DNA from: Ginglymostoma cirratum
Taxonomy: Eukaryota
Direction: 5' to 3'
NCBI GenBank assembly: GCA_024137785.1
Contig: JAHRHZ010000140.1
Location: forward strand, 31,684,071 to 31,748,070
DNA length: 64,000 bases
The first letter of the stretch is position 1. Each line of letters opens with the position of its first letter. Below, piece by piece: positions 36,078 to 47,370 of the stretch. Below the pieces are notes generated by a model. It was given only the letters and a program-made list of their open reading frames with translations. It was not told the origin of the DNA and made no database searches. Both the position numbers and the translations under genes were made by a program.

Positions 36078-36674
36078 TCCAGTTATATGTACTCCATCTT
36101 ATTTGCAAATGTAATCTCTTTCCTGTCTTAGCCTTACCATGGTTTAGGTAATCCAAAAGCAAGTGTGGTATGTTAATAATAATGCATTGTAAGAGGACAA
36201 AAAAAATTTAGCCTATCAAATCCATTCCTTTCAAAAACCAAATAAACCAACTATCACAAATTCAACCCAACTAATTTCATCTTTTGTTGAAAAATTATGC
36301 AAAGTTTGTCACTGTCCCCAAAAGATAAATTGAACAAGATGTCAGAGTAGCTATCATATCTTAATTGGATGTTATCCGTTGTTGACTTCACATTCTATTT
36401 GTGATAAATTCAATGTCCGTCTGGAAAAATAACACCCTAAACTTTGCTGATATGTCCACAACTCATCAAAGAGACCAACATTGGTATAAAATCTTTTATG
36501 ACAGCCCAAAGTACTTTATAGCCAATGAAGTACTTTTGAACTGTTGTTACTGTAAGAAGGTAAGATACTGATTGAGCAACCTCAGACCTTAAGAGAGCTT
36601 GAAATCAGTTCAGAATCTGAATCACAATGGGCATACATGCTATATATCTGAATCCTGACCAATGTATTCACATT

Positions 36675-36770
36675 TTTTAAAACCATTTGTGGGATGTAGG
36701 AGTCACTGGCTGGCCAGCATTTCTTGCCCATCCCTAGTTGCCCTCGAGAAGGTGGTAGTGAGCTGCCTTT
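36675..36770 (-). mobile_element. CR1/L2-like LINE extreme 3' end
   Basis: gtgggatgtaggagtcactggctggccagcatttcttgcccatccctagttgccctcgagaaggtggt is the reverse complement of 33470-33550. Confidence 0.8.
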
Positions 36771-38815
36771 TCTATTTCAATGCTCCTACAGTTAATTAAC
36801 ATTCCAGCATAACCGGTTTGCTTCTGCTTTACCTTCATCACCTTTTCAAAGCTGGCTGAAAAACCTCAATTTAAAAAGTACTGCACATACTGCAAAATGG
36901 ACTAGGTGTGAATGAACATCTGTCATTTTCTTCAACCCTTTTAACCTGCATTTCAGCCAGTCTCTGTGGTAAAATCCAAGTAAATAAGGAGAACAAATAG
37001 ATAAAAAGGCAGAGGCAAACGATAATGAACTTCCTATCATTAGGCTCTTAAAACTAGCCCAAATACAATGAGTTAGTTTTCTGACACTGATCAGAATGCA
37101 GAAATATGTTTACCATGCAAAATACTCAATATCTTTGGATGCTAACGTTACCATAAGTGTCCTTTTGTCAAAGCTGAAATGTTCACATATTGGTCATATT
37201 TCAGTTAGTAATATCACACCTGCAATGCAGGTACCAATATCACAACTCTTTCATTCAGTCTCACGCCTTCAGTCTAGAAATTCAATTTGTAGAATTTCGG
37301 AGATATGTGCTGTAGCTCTATATAGAACATAAAATGGCAGTAACACCAAGGAGCTGCTGATGGTGGGGGAGGGTGATTGAAGAGGGAGAAGATGCTTTGA
37401 GAGTATTGAAACACCAATTCTGTGTTAGGTGTGAAATAAAACACACTGAAAGAGAAAAACTGTGTTATCCATTTGTTGTCTTATATTTATCTGTTTGCTA
37501 AAATATTTGTTTGCGGTAACTGTTTAATTGTGAATTTATTAGCCATTTTGTTTGTCAAGATAATTTCAACAATGTTTATGCATATGCCTCCAATACCTTA
37601 AAATAACGTTGTGATCAGCATGATTAGTGCTTTACAATATTATTTGACATCACTGAAACGTTACTTAATCACATTGTGTAGTTCATCACAATAATTCCAA
37701 AACAGTTCTCTTTTTCACATTCCTTGCCAGTGCATGTGGTATGATTTGCTTTTAAGCATCGAAGTTAACAAACAATGTTCAATGAATTAAATTAATGTAA
37801 ATATTATCTTACCAAGAGACATGGCAATAAATAATTTGAAGTCCTATTAAGACACTATTGAATTGCCTATTTGCCAATGGATTAAATATTTTAAAAATCC
37901 AAGTGTTGTCCAATAAAATCTGCCAAATGATGAAAAAAAATGTGGAGGATAATAGCTGGATAAAGTTGCATTCTAACATTTTCCAGAATATAAATGTTAG
38001 AAATTAAAGTTTAACTTCACTCCAAGTTTAGCCATTATTACTACATCTGTCTGATTGTTTAGTATGTAATCTGAAGCATAATTGTGATATGGATGAATTG
38101 GGAAATAAAAAACTTGAAAGTGTTACTTTCTATATTACACTGTTCAGATAAAGCTTGATTCTAAGTTTCATTTACATGAACATGGGCACATCTTACAAAC
38201 CTTTCATCAGGACACAATGATCAGACTCTCCTAATACACTACTACAGTTTAAAGCAATTCATGGCAAAGTTAAGTGTCAGATGAATGAATAAATGCAGTA
38301 ACTAATTTGTTAATGATGTAATTATATGATTTTTCTAATATTTACAGATTACAATTGTTGGTCCTCTGGTGAATAGCTAAATGTAGTACTTGCATGTTTT
38401 GGCAAATATTGGCAATCAACTGTAGATTACTATACTTACCATGCCAAGTATCATCATTCTTCAAGCAGTCACTGTATTGTCAGATGCCACCAGTAAAAAC
38501 ACATCTCGAACAGTAATAAAACCAAAATGTTCATGAACAAAGCATGAAATTTAAAACAAACTTACATAAGGGAGTAAACTCAACACTAATTTGTGGCTGT
38601 TCTATTCTGCTCTTCCTGTCACAGCTTATGATGTCATCTGACCACACTACAGCTTTATAATTCAGAGCCTAAATTCCCTTATTCCCCATATGGACTTTAT
38701 TTCTATTTCAGCTGTGCAAAATTCTGTGAAGTGGTTATTATAGCTCTGAGGTGATTTTTTTAATAAGTAAGATTTAACAGATGTATAATAATTTTTTTTC
38801 TAACGTTAATCGCAG

Positions 38816-38986
38816 GTGCCAATTATTGTGCCCTGTCACAGAGTGATCTGCAGCAATGGACAGATTGGTAATTATATGGGAGGAAAAGGAAATCACCTCA
38901 AACAATGGCTACTGACACATGAGAAGCTTCTGAAAGAGAGCCGAAAAACATCTCAGGGACCTTGTCCAATCCTGCCACACAGCTAG
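38816..38986 (+). CDS. MGMT: MGMT terminal coding exon (alkyl-acceptor active site PCHRV)
   Basis: Acceptor cgcAG at 38814-38815, phase 0, in frame with the upstream exon. Translates to [56 protein letters not shown], stop TAG at 38984-38986. Not in the supplied ORF track. Confidence 0.97.
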   Translation: MPIIVPCHRVICSNGQIGNYMGGKGNHLKQWLLTHEKLLKESRKTSQGPCPILPHS

Positions 38987-39008
38987 AATGTATGCCAACA
39001 ATGTTCAG

Positions 39009-39014
39009 AATAAA
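39009..39014 (+). terminator. Candidate proximal polyadenylation signal AATAAA for MGMT
   Basis: AATAAA 22 nt after the stop codon. Confidence 0.4.
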
Positions 39015-39862
39015 ACAAGCTCTTAACACATCCACTATTATTTAGGGAATTTGTAAATATTTGAGTGACTTAAAAAGATAAAAGAAACTTGAGAGTCATA
39101 TGCGTGGTGGCACCACTACTATATTAAAAAGCCTGGATCCATCCTGAGGGACTCTGGCCTTTCTTGTTTTTACATTTTACAGAAGAATGAGTGCAGAGAT
39201 CTGTGCATGTTGTGTATGTTGTTCTCATCTACAGGCTTTTTTGTTCTACTTTTAATGCCCATTAAAGCAAGGATAAGGGAGTGGGAGGGGCATGGCAAAT
39301 GTTAGGTGCAACTGCCCCTCTAAGGAAGCATCTGGCTCACAGAGGGGACAGCTGACAGTCTGGAGCCTCTGTGTTACTGGGCACAAAATGAAGTCCTGAA
39401 GCATCAGCTCCAATTTCTTTATTGCTGCGCAGCTTTGTATTTGCTCTGTATGGAAAACTGTACCTTGAGACGATGATTGTCCTGCCCTTTTTCGTGTTTA
39501 ACCCACTGAAATAAATCTTTCCCATAAACACCTTTTGCAAAATGTCACAAAAATATTGAAAGGGAAGCCATTTTTTGCATGCTGTTAATTAAAAAACAAA
39601 TTGTCACAGCTTTACCATTCCATTTTTGTTTTCATCTGATGCGTATTTTTTCAGGTCTCATGGAAAAGGTACGACTTTAGCTTTGTGTTTTTTTTGCTTG
39701 GTAGTGTTTCTTTTTGCAGTTATTAAGACTGTTAAATATGTGAATATTTCTCTTCAGTAGTTGATTTCTTGATAACCACATGTAATCTGATTATAGAGCT
39801 TTGTTGCAGAAGCTTTTCTTGAAGCTTAAGAAAAGCAAATTTGTATGTATTTAATCAGCAAG

Positions 39863-39868
39863 AATAAA
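39863..39868 (+). terminator. Candidate distal polyadenylation signal AATAAA for MGMT (3'UTR of about 0.9 kb)
   Basis: AATAAA preceded by TGTA elements (tgtatgta at about 39842) and followed by T-rich sequence. Confidence 0.45.
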
Positions 39869-41253
39869 AGTATTTCAATTATATTTTTTGAATATCTTCA
39901 CATGTTATGAGGCCAGGCTAACTTACAGACCTATCGTATATTTTGGCTAGCAAGGCTTTTGTTTCCAATACTATTTCATTCATAGAATCAAGTAAATAAT
40001 TTGTGTGTAGTTTACATTTTTCCTATAGGTTATTTTCCCATGGAAATTATTTTATTGGCTAGATGATTAGGTTGCAGAGAGGGAACTCTCACTGGTACTT
40101 TCTTTTCCCACTGAAGACGTTGTTTGAGCAACGACAGTTATCCTGCCCGGGGGAAGATACATTTTCCTGCCCTTTCATGCTCCCATTTGTTCTCATTGTT
40201 AGTCAACATGAGCACATGCAAGGATGCGATAATTAGTTTATTCTGAATACATAAAAAAGGAAGATTTGAAAAGAAAGTGCACTGTACAATATAATTTGGA
40301 AAAAAACTGTTACATTGCATAATCATAAACTGTGTCAAATGTGATTCATCACAAAATAATCAATTAAAGGTCACAACCTGTCCCAGTTCTTTGCAAATAG
40401 GTACCTCTTCCTTAAGAACTTTAAAGTGGCAGTGAAGATATAAGGGGGACAGATAAATTACATACTACATTGGGACTGCCACACCATTGACACAATAGGA
40501 TTTCCGGCTGTTACACTGATCAAACATGATAGCCTTTAAATCATATCAGAACAAGATACCTATGCTATAATACCTCATGTGAGAACACCTTTGTGGGATG
40601 GAAAATACATCCTGTCTTCTTTTAAGAACATGACTTCTCACTTTTTCATGTTATTCTGTCCTAATGGTGTGATGGCTTAATGACCAAGGTGTCAGTTTAA
40701 AGAGGACTGAATTATATAAGTATACAGAACATAAGAAAATGACTAGCTAAACAAAAGAACTAATTGCAATACATAATCTAAATTTGCTTTCTCACACACA
40801 CCATTATCACTCAAAGCACTAAAACAAAAGTAACCCTGAGTAAATTGATGCAAGACATCAAAATATATTTACTGCATGAAAATGTTCTCCATAGTATTTT
40901 AACGGTATTAAAAACATAATTAAGGCTGGTGTGTTTGTGCCTAGTATTTTACTGCTTTATAAGTTTTTTTTATTTCCTTTTTTACGACTTTTACAAACAG
41001 AATAGATATCTTCAACTTTTTTATTTGTGATGTGGTTAACTTGGTTTTGATATTTCAGTTTTTAGTGTGATACATTTAAGATCATCTTTTTAAATAATAA
41101 ATGAAAGATAATTCATTAAAATAGTTTCTATAAATAAGAGATAAATCTGACTCTGAAAAATGTAATTTGCTTTCCTGACTTGCCAGTGTGTGTTCTCCAG
41201 TTCGTTCGAATTGTGGATCACACGTTAATAATGGCTCTGTGAGCATTGTTTTT

Positions 41254-41268
41254 CCAATAGAGGGCAGT
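41254..41268 (+). promoter_or_regulatory. CTCF-like motif
   Basis: CCAATAGAGGGCAGT is close to the consensus CCASYAGRKGGCRS. Motif match only. Confidence 0.35.
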
Positions 41269-44200
41269 AGAGTTTAGAGGAATTACACTAGAAATCAGAA
41301 AACACTCACAAGAGCAGCTTTATTCTCAATTATTTCAATTTTAACCTACAACTAGAGCACAGAGTAGCTGAGCAGAAATTTACACACTAATTTATGTTGC
41401 ATATTTTCAAACAAACTGCATCGCAAGCTCATTTCTTTGTACACAATCACTTTTGTTTTGTCTTATACAAAATGTGAGCAACTGGCTGCAGTCAGGCAGT
41501 AAGATGAAGAATGGCCCTTCTTTACCTTCTGATTTCTGATATTGCTAATGATGCCCAGGCTGCAGACTGGAGTGAGCATTAATGAAGGGGGCTATGACAC
41601 TAGAACCTCGAGGGGTTTTATTTAAAAAGAGAGGCGAATGTGTACTGCCACTTAGATGTACTTCCAGCCTGCCCTCTTCAACCATTATTGCTGATTCCAC
41701 CTTGTGATTTTTTTTTTGTTTAATACTAGACATTATTTGGCATGATCTTCCAGAATGAAATACTTAACTCTCGTGTGAAGCTGCAAAGTGGTGGAAAAGC
41801 TAATGGTGATGTTGTTAGCCCAATTGTTGAAAGAAAGAAATGTCCTTCAGCCTTAGAATTGGGTTCCAGTGACCTATCAGATTTCCTCCCCTTCAGTCTT
41901 CCAGTTCTTTGAACTGCTGACATTGAGACACTGTGCAGTCAGGCACGACAGCTGTTTCTGCATCATCTAATACCAACACATGCTGTTTTAGACCATTTTG
42001 AGAAGGAAAGATAATGAAAGATTCAAAAATAATATTTGTTTTGGCATAGTTATCTTTATAACAAAATAGATGCCCTTGACCACGGAAAAACTGGATTTTG
42101 AGATAGGGTCAAGTTTGTTTACAGACTATGTGTTGAGGTTTAAAAAGATTCTGAGTGTTTTTTTTTAATTTAAAGCCAATCTAAAGAATGAGTATGCACT
42201 TTGTCAGTGCGAAGAATAAAACTGCGCTTTGTAACAGCATATGTACGTGAGTTATATATTGTGGAATTTTAATATTGTCTTCATTTTGATAACTCTTAAT
42301 ACTTTTCAAACTCTGCTGAATCAACAAAAACAGCATGAAGGGTGGTGATCAAGGATAATAAAATTAACAGAGGTAGTTTTATAACTCATGCCAACACCTG
42401 CCCTCCTCCATCCTAGTGCTACCTGACCAGAGACACACAACAGTAGTGGGCTCGAAGATGGTTTTGAATACCTGAGATCTATAAAGTACATACATGGCCA
42501 AAGTCCAAATACACAAGCTGGAAGACTACAAAAGGAGGAAAACCATGAAAAAAAAAGATTATAATCTGAAAGAAAAAATGTTTTTCTGCCTTACCAAGTT
42601 TGTATTTATATTTACATTAAGCTAGTTACATTTGGTCTAATAAAGAATTGTTCTTTGCTTTATGACTTGCCTCAGATGTCTTTCACACAAGGCAACATAA
42701 TGTATAGCCATAAGTTTTGAAACTATTTGTATTGAATAAATGATATCTAGTCACACCCTAAGATAAAAATACATTTCTAATGAGGGATATAATATTCCTT
42801 TAAAAGTGAAGTAGGAACACTATTATATAGCTAAGTGTTTTTAGACTTCACCTGCCAAGCCAGCAATGAGAAAGTAACTTTTGTGACAAAAGATTATCAT
42901 GCACTTTCAGGACTTCTGAAGCAAACAAAAATAAAAATTCTTTTCTACAATGAGTTCACTAAACTTAAAAGGAGCATTTAAATGTTACCTATTTGAATGA
43001 ATTTGATTGCGTTGAAAATATGGTTGATGAACAAGAGTGCAATGCTGATGTGATGACTTTGTGGTTATTTGAACTCATCAACATTTTGAAAAACTGCATT
43101 TTTTAGTCTAAAATTATATTTTGAACCTTAAATGCTGTTGCATATTTTCATTTCTTTCCGAGTCTGTTAAATGTTTGGCCAGAACAGCTCCTAGTCTGTA
43201 CAAAATTGTAGAGGTGGCAGTAAAATACTTAGGTTGAGGCCAAGTAGCGGAGAAATTGCAGGTACTGATGTGTCTTTAAGTGACTGAGGGCAATAGTCCA
43301 AAGTCTTCTGGACCAAGTGGCACCAGCTGCAGACAGATGGAGCATGTCTGGGCTCCATCACCCTCAGGTCTGCATCAGACAAAAATCTATATATTAGGGT
43401 AGGAGAATGGATAAGAAAATAAGAAATGGCCACTGTGCTGTAAGGTGAAAATTGAAATGCATGTGGCATGCTGACATTTGAAATGATTTATGGGTGACTA
43501 TTGTTAATTGTACTTTAAAGTTTATATGTGATGCAATATCATTCACATGTAAACGATAATTAAGTTCAGTCATGTTCGTTTCAGTATGAAAGATCTAGAC
43601 CAAGGTATTTGGAAAGTGTTCTGCTTTCTTTCTATTTCAAAGAAATACTAACTTTCCTATCATAGTTGATTTCAATGGTGTTTATTAAATTCATGAAACA
43701 AAAACATTGTCCAGAACCAGTTTTTCTTTTCCCTGTATCTTGTTGAACTGCTTTCTATTTATATAGAAAGTAAACTTTAAGCCTGGATTTTAAATTATGT
43801 TATTTCAGAAATTATTAATTTGTGCATCAATAATTTTAAGTTTGTACTTTGTAAATGACTATTTCCAATAGTTTGGTTTGCTAGATATCACTTGCTGTTA
43901 TTTTCACAGACCCTGGGAGTGACATCTTAGAGAAGTAAAATTAAGAATAGTAATGCATTCATGTGAAACTCTTATTAATTGTTTTTATGCTGTACTGCAG
44001 TTGCTGCTCCTGTATTGTGCTGACATAACAAGTAAAGCAAAGAACCTTGAAGCCTAATCATAGTGAGAACTACTATTACTGTTAATTCACTAATATAATT
44101 AATTTAAAAGTGGTTTTCAACCGTCTGCTTGCATTTTCCAATATTTATTGGTGTAGTAAATAGAATTTTAACTCATATGAACCAGAAGCATTAGATGCTG

Positions 44201-44458
44201 GGATAGGTCCAATTGTCCCTCAAGCCGACTCTGTCATTCAACAAGATTGTGATAGGTCTGATCTTGATTTCAAACTAACTTCCTCCTGGTTCCCGTGAAT
44301 TTCCTCTCAACTGCCTTTCATGCAAGTGTATATTTCTTTAAATAAGGAGAATAAAGCTATACTGGTACACTAGGAAATGCTATCAAAGGCAAGAAAACCT
44401 CACAACTTGCTCATATTTGCACTGAGCATGAATTATGCACTCACAACAAGACAGAACA

Positions 44459-44600
44459 GTTCTGAAAAAGGATCACTGGACCTGAAACATTAAGTCTGAT
44501 TTATCTCACAGATAATATCAGACCTGCCGAGGTTTTCCAGCAGTTTCTGTTTTTCTTTCTGATTTCCAATTTCCAGCATTGGCAGTTCTTTTGGTTTTTT
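44459..44600 (+). mobile_element. Hammerhead-core mini-element (long form)
   Basis: CTGAAAA-AGGATCACTGGACCT-GAAAC at 44462-44488, then cagacctgccgaggttttccagca...ttccagcattggcagttctttt. Confidence 0.75.
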
Positions 44601-44619
44601 AGTTTCTGAATTATGGGCT

Positions 44620-45137
44620 TTTTATTAATTCGCTCATGGGATATGGATGTCGTTTGCTGGGCTAGCATTTATTGTCCGTCTATATTTGCCCTTGAGAAGG
44701 TGGTGATGAGCTGCCTTCTTGAACCACAGCAGTCCATGTGCTGTAGGGTTGACCCACAATGCCCTTACTGGGTTAATTCCAGAATTTTGACCGAGCAACA
44801 GTGGAGGAACTGCGATATATTTTCAAGTCAGGACAGTGACTGACTTGGAGTGGAACTTGCAGTTGGTTGTGTTTCCTTGCATCTGCTGCCCTTGTCCTTC
44901 TAGTTTTAAATATTTGTGTGTTTGGAAGATGCTGTCTAAAGATTTTTGGTGAATTTCTGCAGTGCAGTTTGTAGATAGTACACATTGCTGCTCCTGAGCA
45001 TCGGTAGTGGAGGGAATGGATGCTAATGGATATAATGCCAATGAAGTGGGCTGCTTTGTCCTGTATGGTAGCAATCTTCTTGAGTGCTGTTGGAGCTGCA
45101 CTTATCCAGGCAAATGGAGAGTATTCCATCACACTCC
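44620..45137 (-). mobile_element. CR1/L2-like LINE 3' part (same family as 31741-33557)
   Basis: ORF 44773..45144(-) VRSVMEYSPFAWISAAPTALKKIATIQDKAAHFIG...SLHYR. Confidence 0.9.
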
Positions 45138-47264
45138 TTACCACATTGATACAAATAAACTTAATAATGTACTGTCCATTTACTTAATATCCTCCATTTC
45201 CTCCTGAGTCATTCATGGTGTGTCTACTGACTGGGAAAGTGATTCCTAACTAAAGTGACTCAAATACCAAAATTAAACTGTAGGTGGCTATTACTTAATG
45301 ATCTGTATCATCCAAAAGGAGACATACATGTTTGTTTTGTTGTGGAGGTTATGTTGGTCAGACAAAGCATGGTCAAAAATGATGAACTCCTGGTTCATGC
45401 TTGAAAAGTAATTCCTGTTAGTTCCCATTTGTAGTTGAACATCATTACATTTGGTGGTTTCACATGAAGATAACTACATAATTGTCTTTATGGATGCAAA
45501 ATAAGTCTAAATCCCAAAGGCATTATTTTTATTCCAGTCAGATTAGTGAATTATAAAACAAGTCATTTTAAAATTTTGCTTGTCTGTGGTTATTATCACA
45601 GCTGGTGTCTTTTGATTCATCTTCTTAAAAGCTGAGGAACTCTGCAGTTATGTGCTGTTATACTGCAAGTTGGACTTGTGGAAATGTTGTTGAAAGGAGC
45701 TGTGCTTCTCTAAAATTTTCTAGCCACGAGCTGGGACTTCCAACTGTTTGCACGCTGTTCCTATTGGCTCCATGTTTCTTATCACAATTCATTCAGCACT
45801 GCTAGAAAATGCATGTGTGTATGGGGGTAGCTATGATCCCATCCTTTCTAGATACTGAGGTGCTGAAATGCCTCAAGACCAAATCACTATAGCAATGCTG
45901 GACTCTCACCTACTGGTGTTCTCCAATGCTGATCTCTCCACTACTAACATCCGTTCATAATTCAACCTCAGAAAGTGAACTCCATAATTCTGCATTTTGC
46001 TGCAAGGAATGGATCTCCAGTCCAGATGTGGTGGCTCAGCCTCTTAAACGGTAATCAAGAAACTCTAGTGAATGACAAAGACCCAGGGAAACCGCAACAC
46101 TAACATTTTCTTGCAGTCTACCAGCTTTTCAGCAGAGTTTGGACAGAGGACTTGTGAAACAGGTGATGAATTCCAAAAATGCTTTACAACGTAGGTTCTC
46201 GTGTAAAATCATGCATTGGGTGAGGTATCATTCTTTTAGGAATACCTGCATCAGGGCAGAAGTCAGCACTTCACAAGAAATAAGTGGGAGAGTGAACATG
46301 AAATTTCACAAAATGGGAAGGTGGGTATGAACATTCACAATCAAATTTTAATAATTATGTGAGTTGCACATCTTTTGAATGCATACATATATGCAAGAAG
46401 TTTCTTGTAAGTATTTGACTTTCAAGTACTGCCAGGTTTTGTATGTCTATTGATTTGTCTATTCTAAACTCAAGTCAGGCGTGTTCAAAAGAAAATGTTG
46501 CATGCCAGATAGCAAAAATGATGATAAAATGGGTTCTGATTTTTTTTAACCAGACAAGTGACATGCAATTTGATAACTAATAAAGTCATGTTTAAAAAAC
46601 AACAAACATTACTGTGAAATCAGCAAAGGTTTGAGGTCTCTTGAATGAAATAATGACAAATAATTTGAATGCAAGGCTGCATATTTGCTGTAGCCACCTG
46701 TTAAACCTCTGAACAGGATTACAAATATAGAGTGAGTCTTTCCCAGAGGACTTGGCATAAAAATTATTTATAGGATGAAATTTTCCAAGACTCTGCTTTC
46801 AGCATTGGGCCTTCCAGGCAACAGATGGGGTTCGGAAAACCAGGCCCATAGCCATGTGTATCCAATTAGCAACACACCCAATTTCCCAATAGATGATTTT
46901 GGCTCCAAAAAGGAGATTGCATTACCTGCATGCATCAGACTCATTTACATTAAATATTTGTTCTCGTTGCATCCAATGCTGAAGTTCCTGACACAAATCT
47001 TAGTGTGTAAATAAGGTTCGCAGTCATCTAATGTTGAGGTGGTGTCTGAACATAAAACTACCACTAAACATTGTCATGGCCAATATCCAAGTTGCAGTCA
47101 AAATATCATCTTAGTCTGGTAGTCCACAGTACCCACAATATTGGAAGCAGCACAATTATTGCAGGGAAATAGCTCTTAGAAAGCCAGGGTTTAGCCTGAG
47201 AATCTGCTGTTCCATCTCCTCCTCCTGTGAGAAAAGGAAGCCATGCAGGTATGACATAATGAAA

Positions 47265-47370
47265 GACTGTGCCAAAGAAAGGTCATCAACAAGAAATATT
47301 AGATCTGTTTCTCTCTCCACAAATGATGTCTGACCTGCTGAATATTTTTAGCATTCCCTCTGTTTATTCC
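47265..47370 (+). mobile_element. Degenerate hammerhead-family mini-element
   Basis: aaaggtcatcaacaagaaatattagatctgtttctctctccacaaatgatgtctgacctgctgaatatttttagcatt. Confidence 0.6.

Larger units (their letters stand above)
8890..38815 (+). other. MGMT: MGMT last intron, 29,926 bp, GT-AG
   Basis: Bounded by the two exons above. The junction NP|VP matches the human intron position. Confidence 0.9.
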
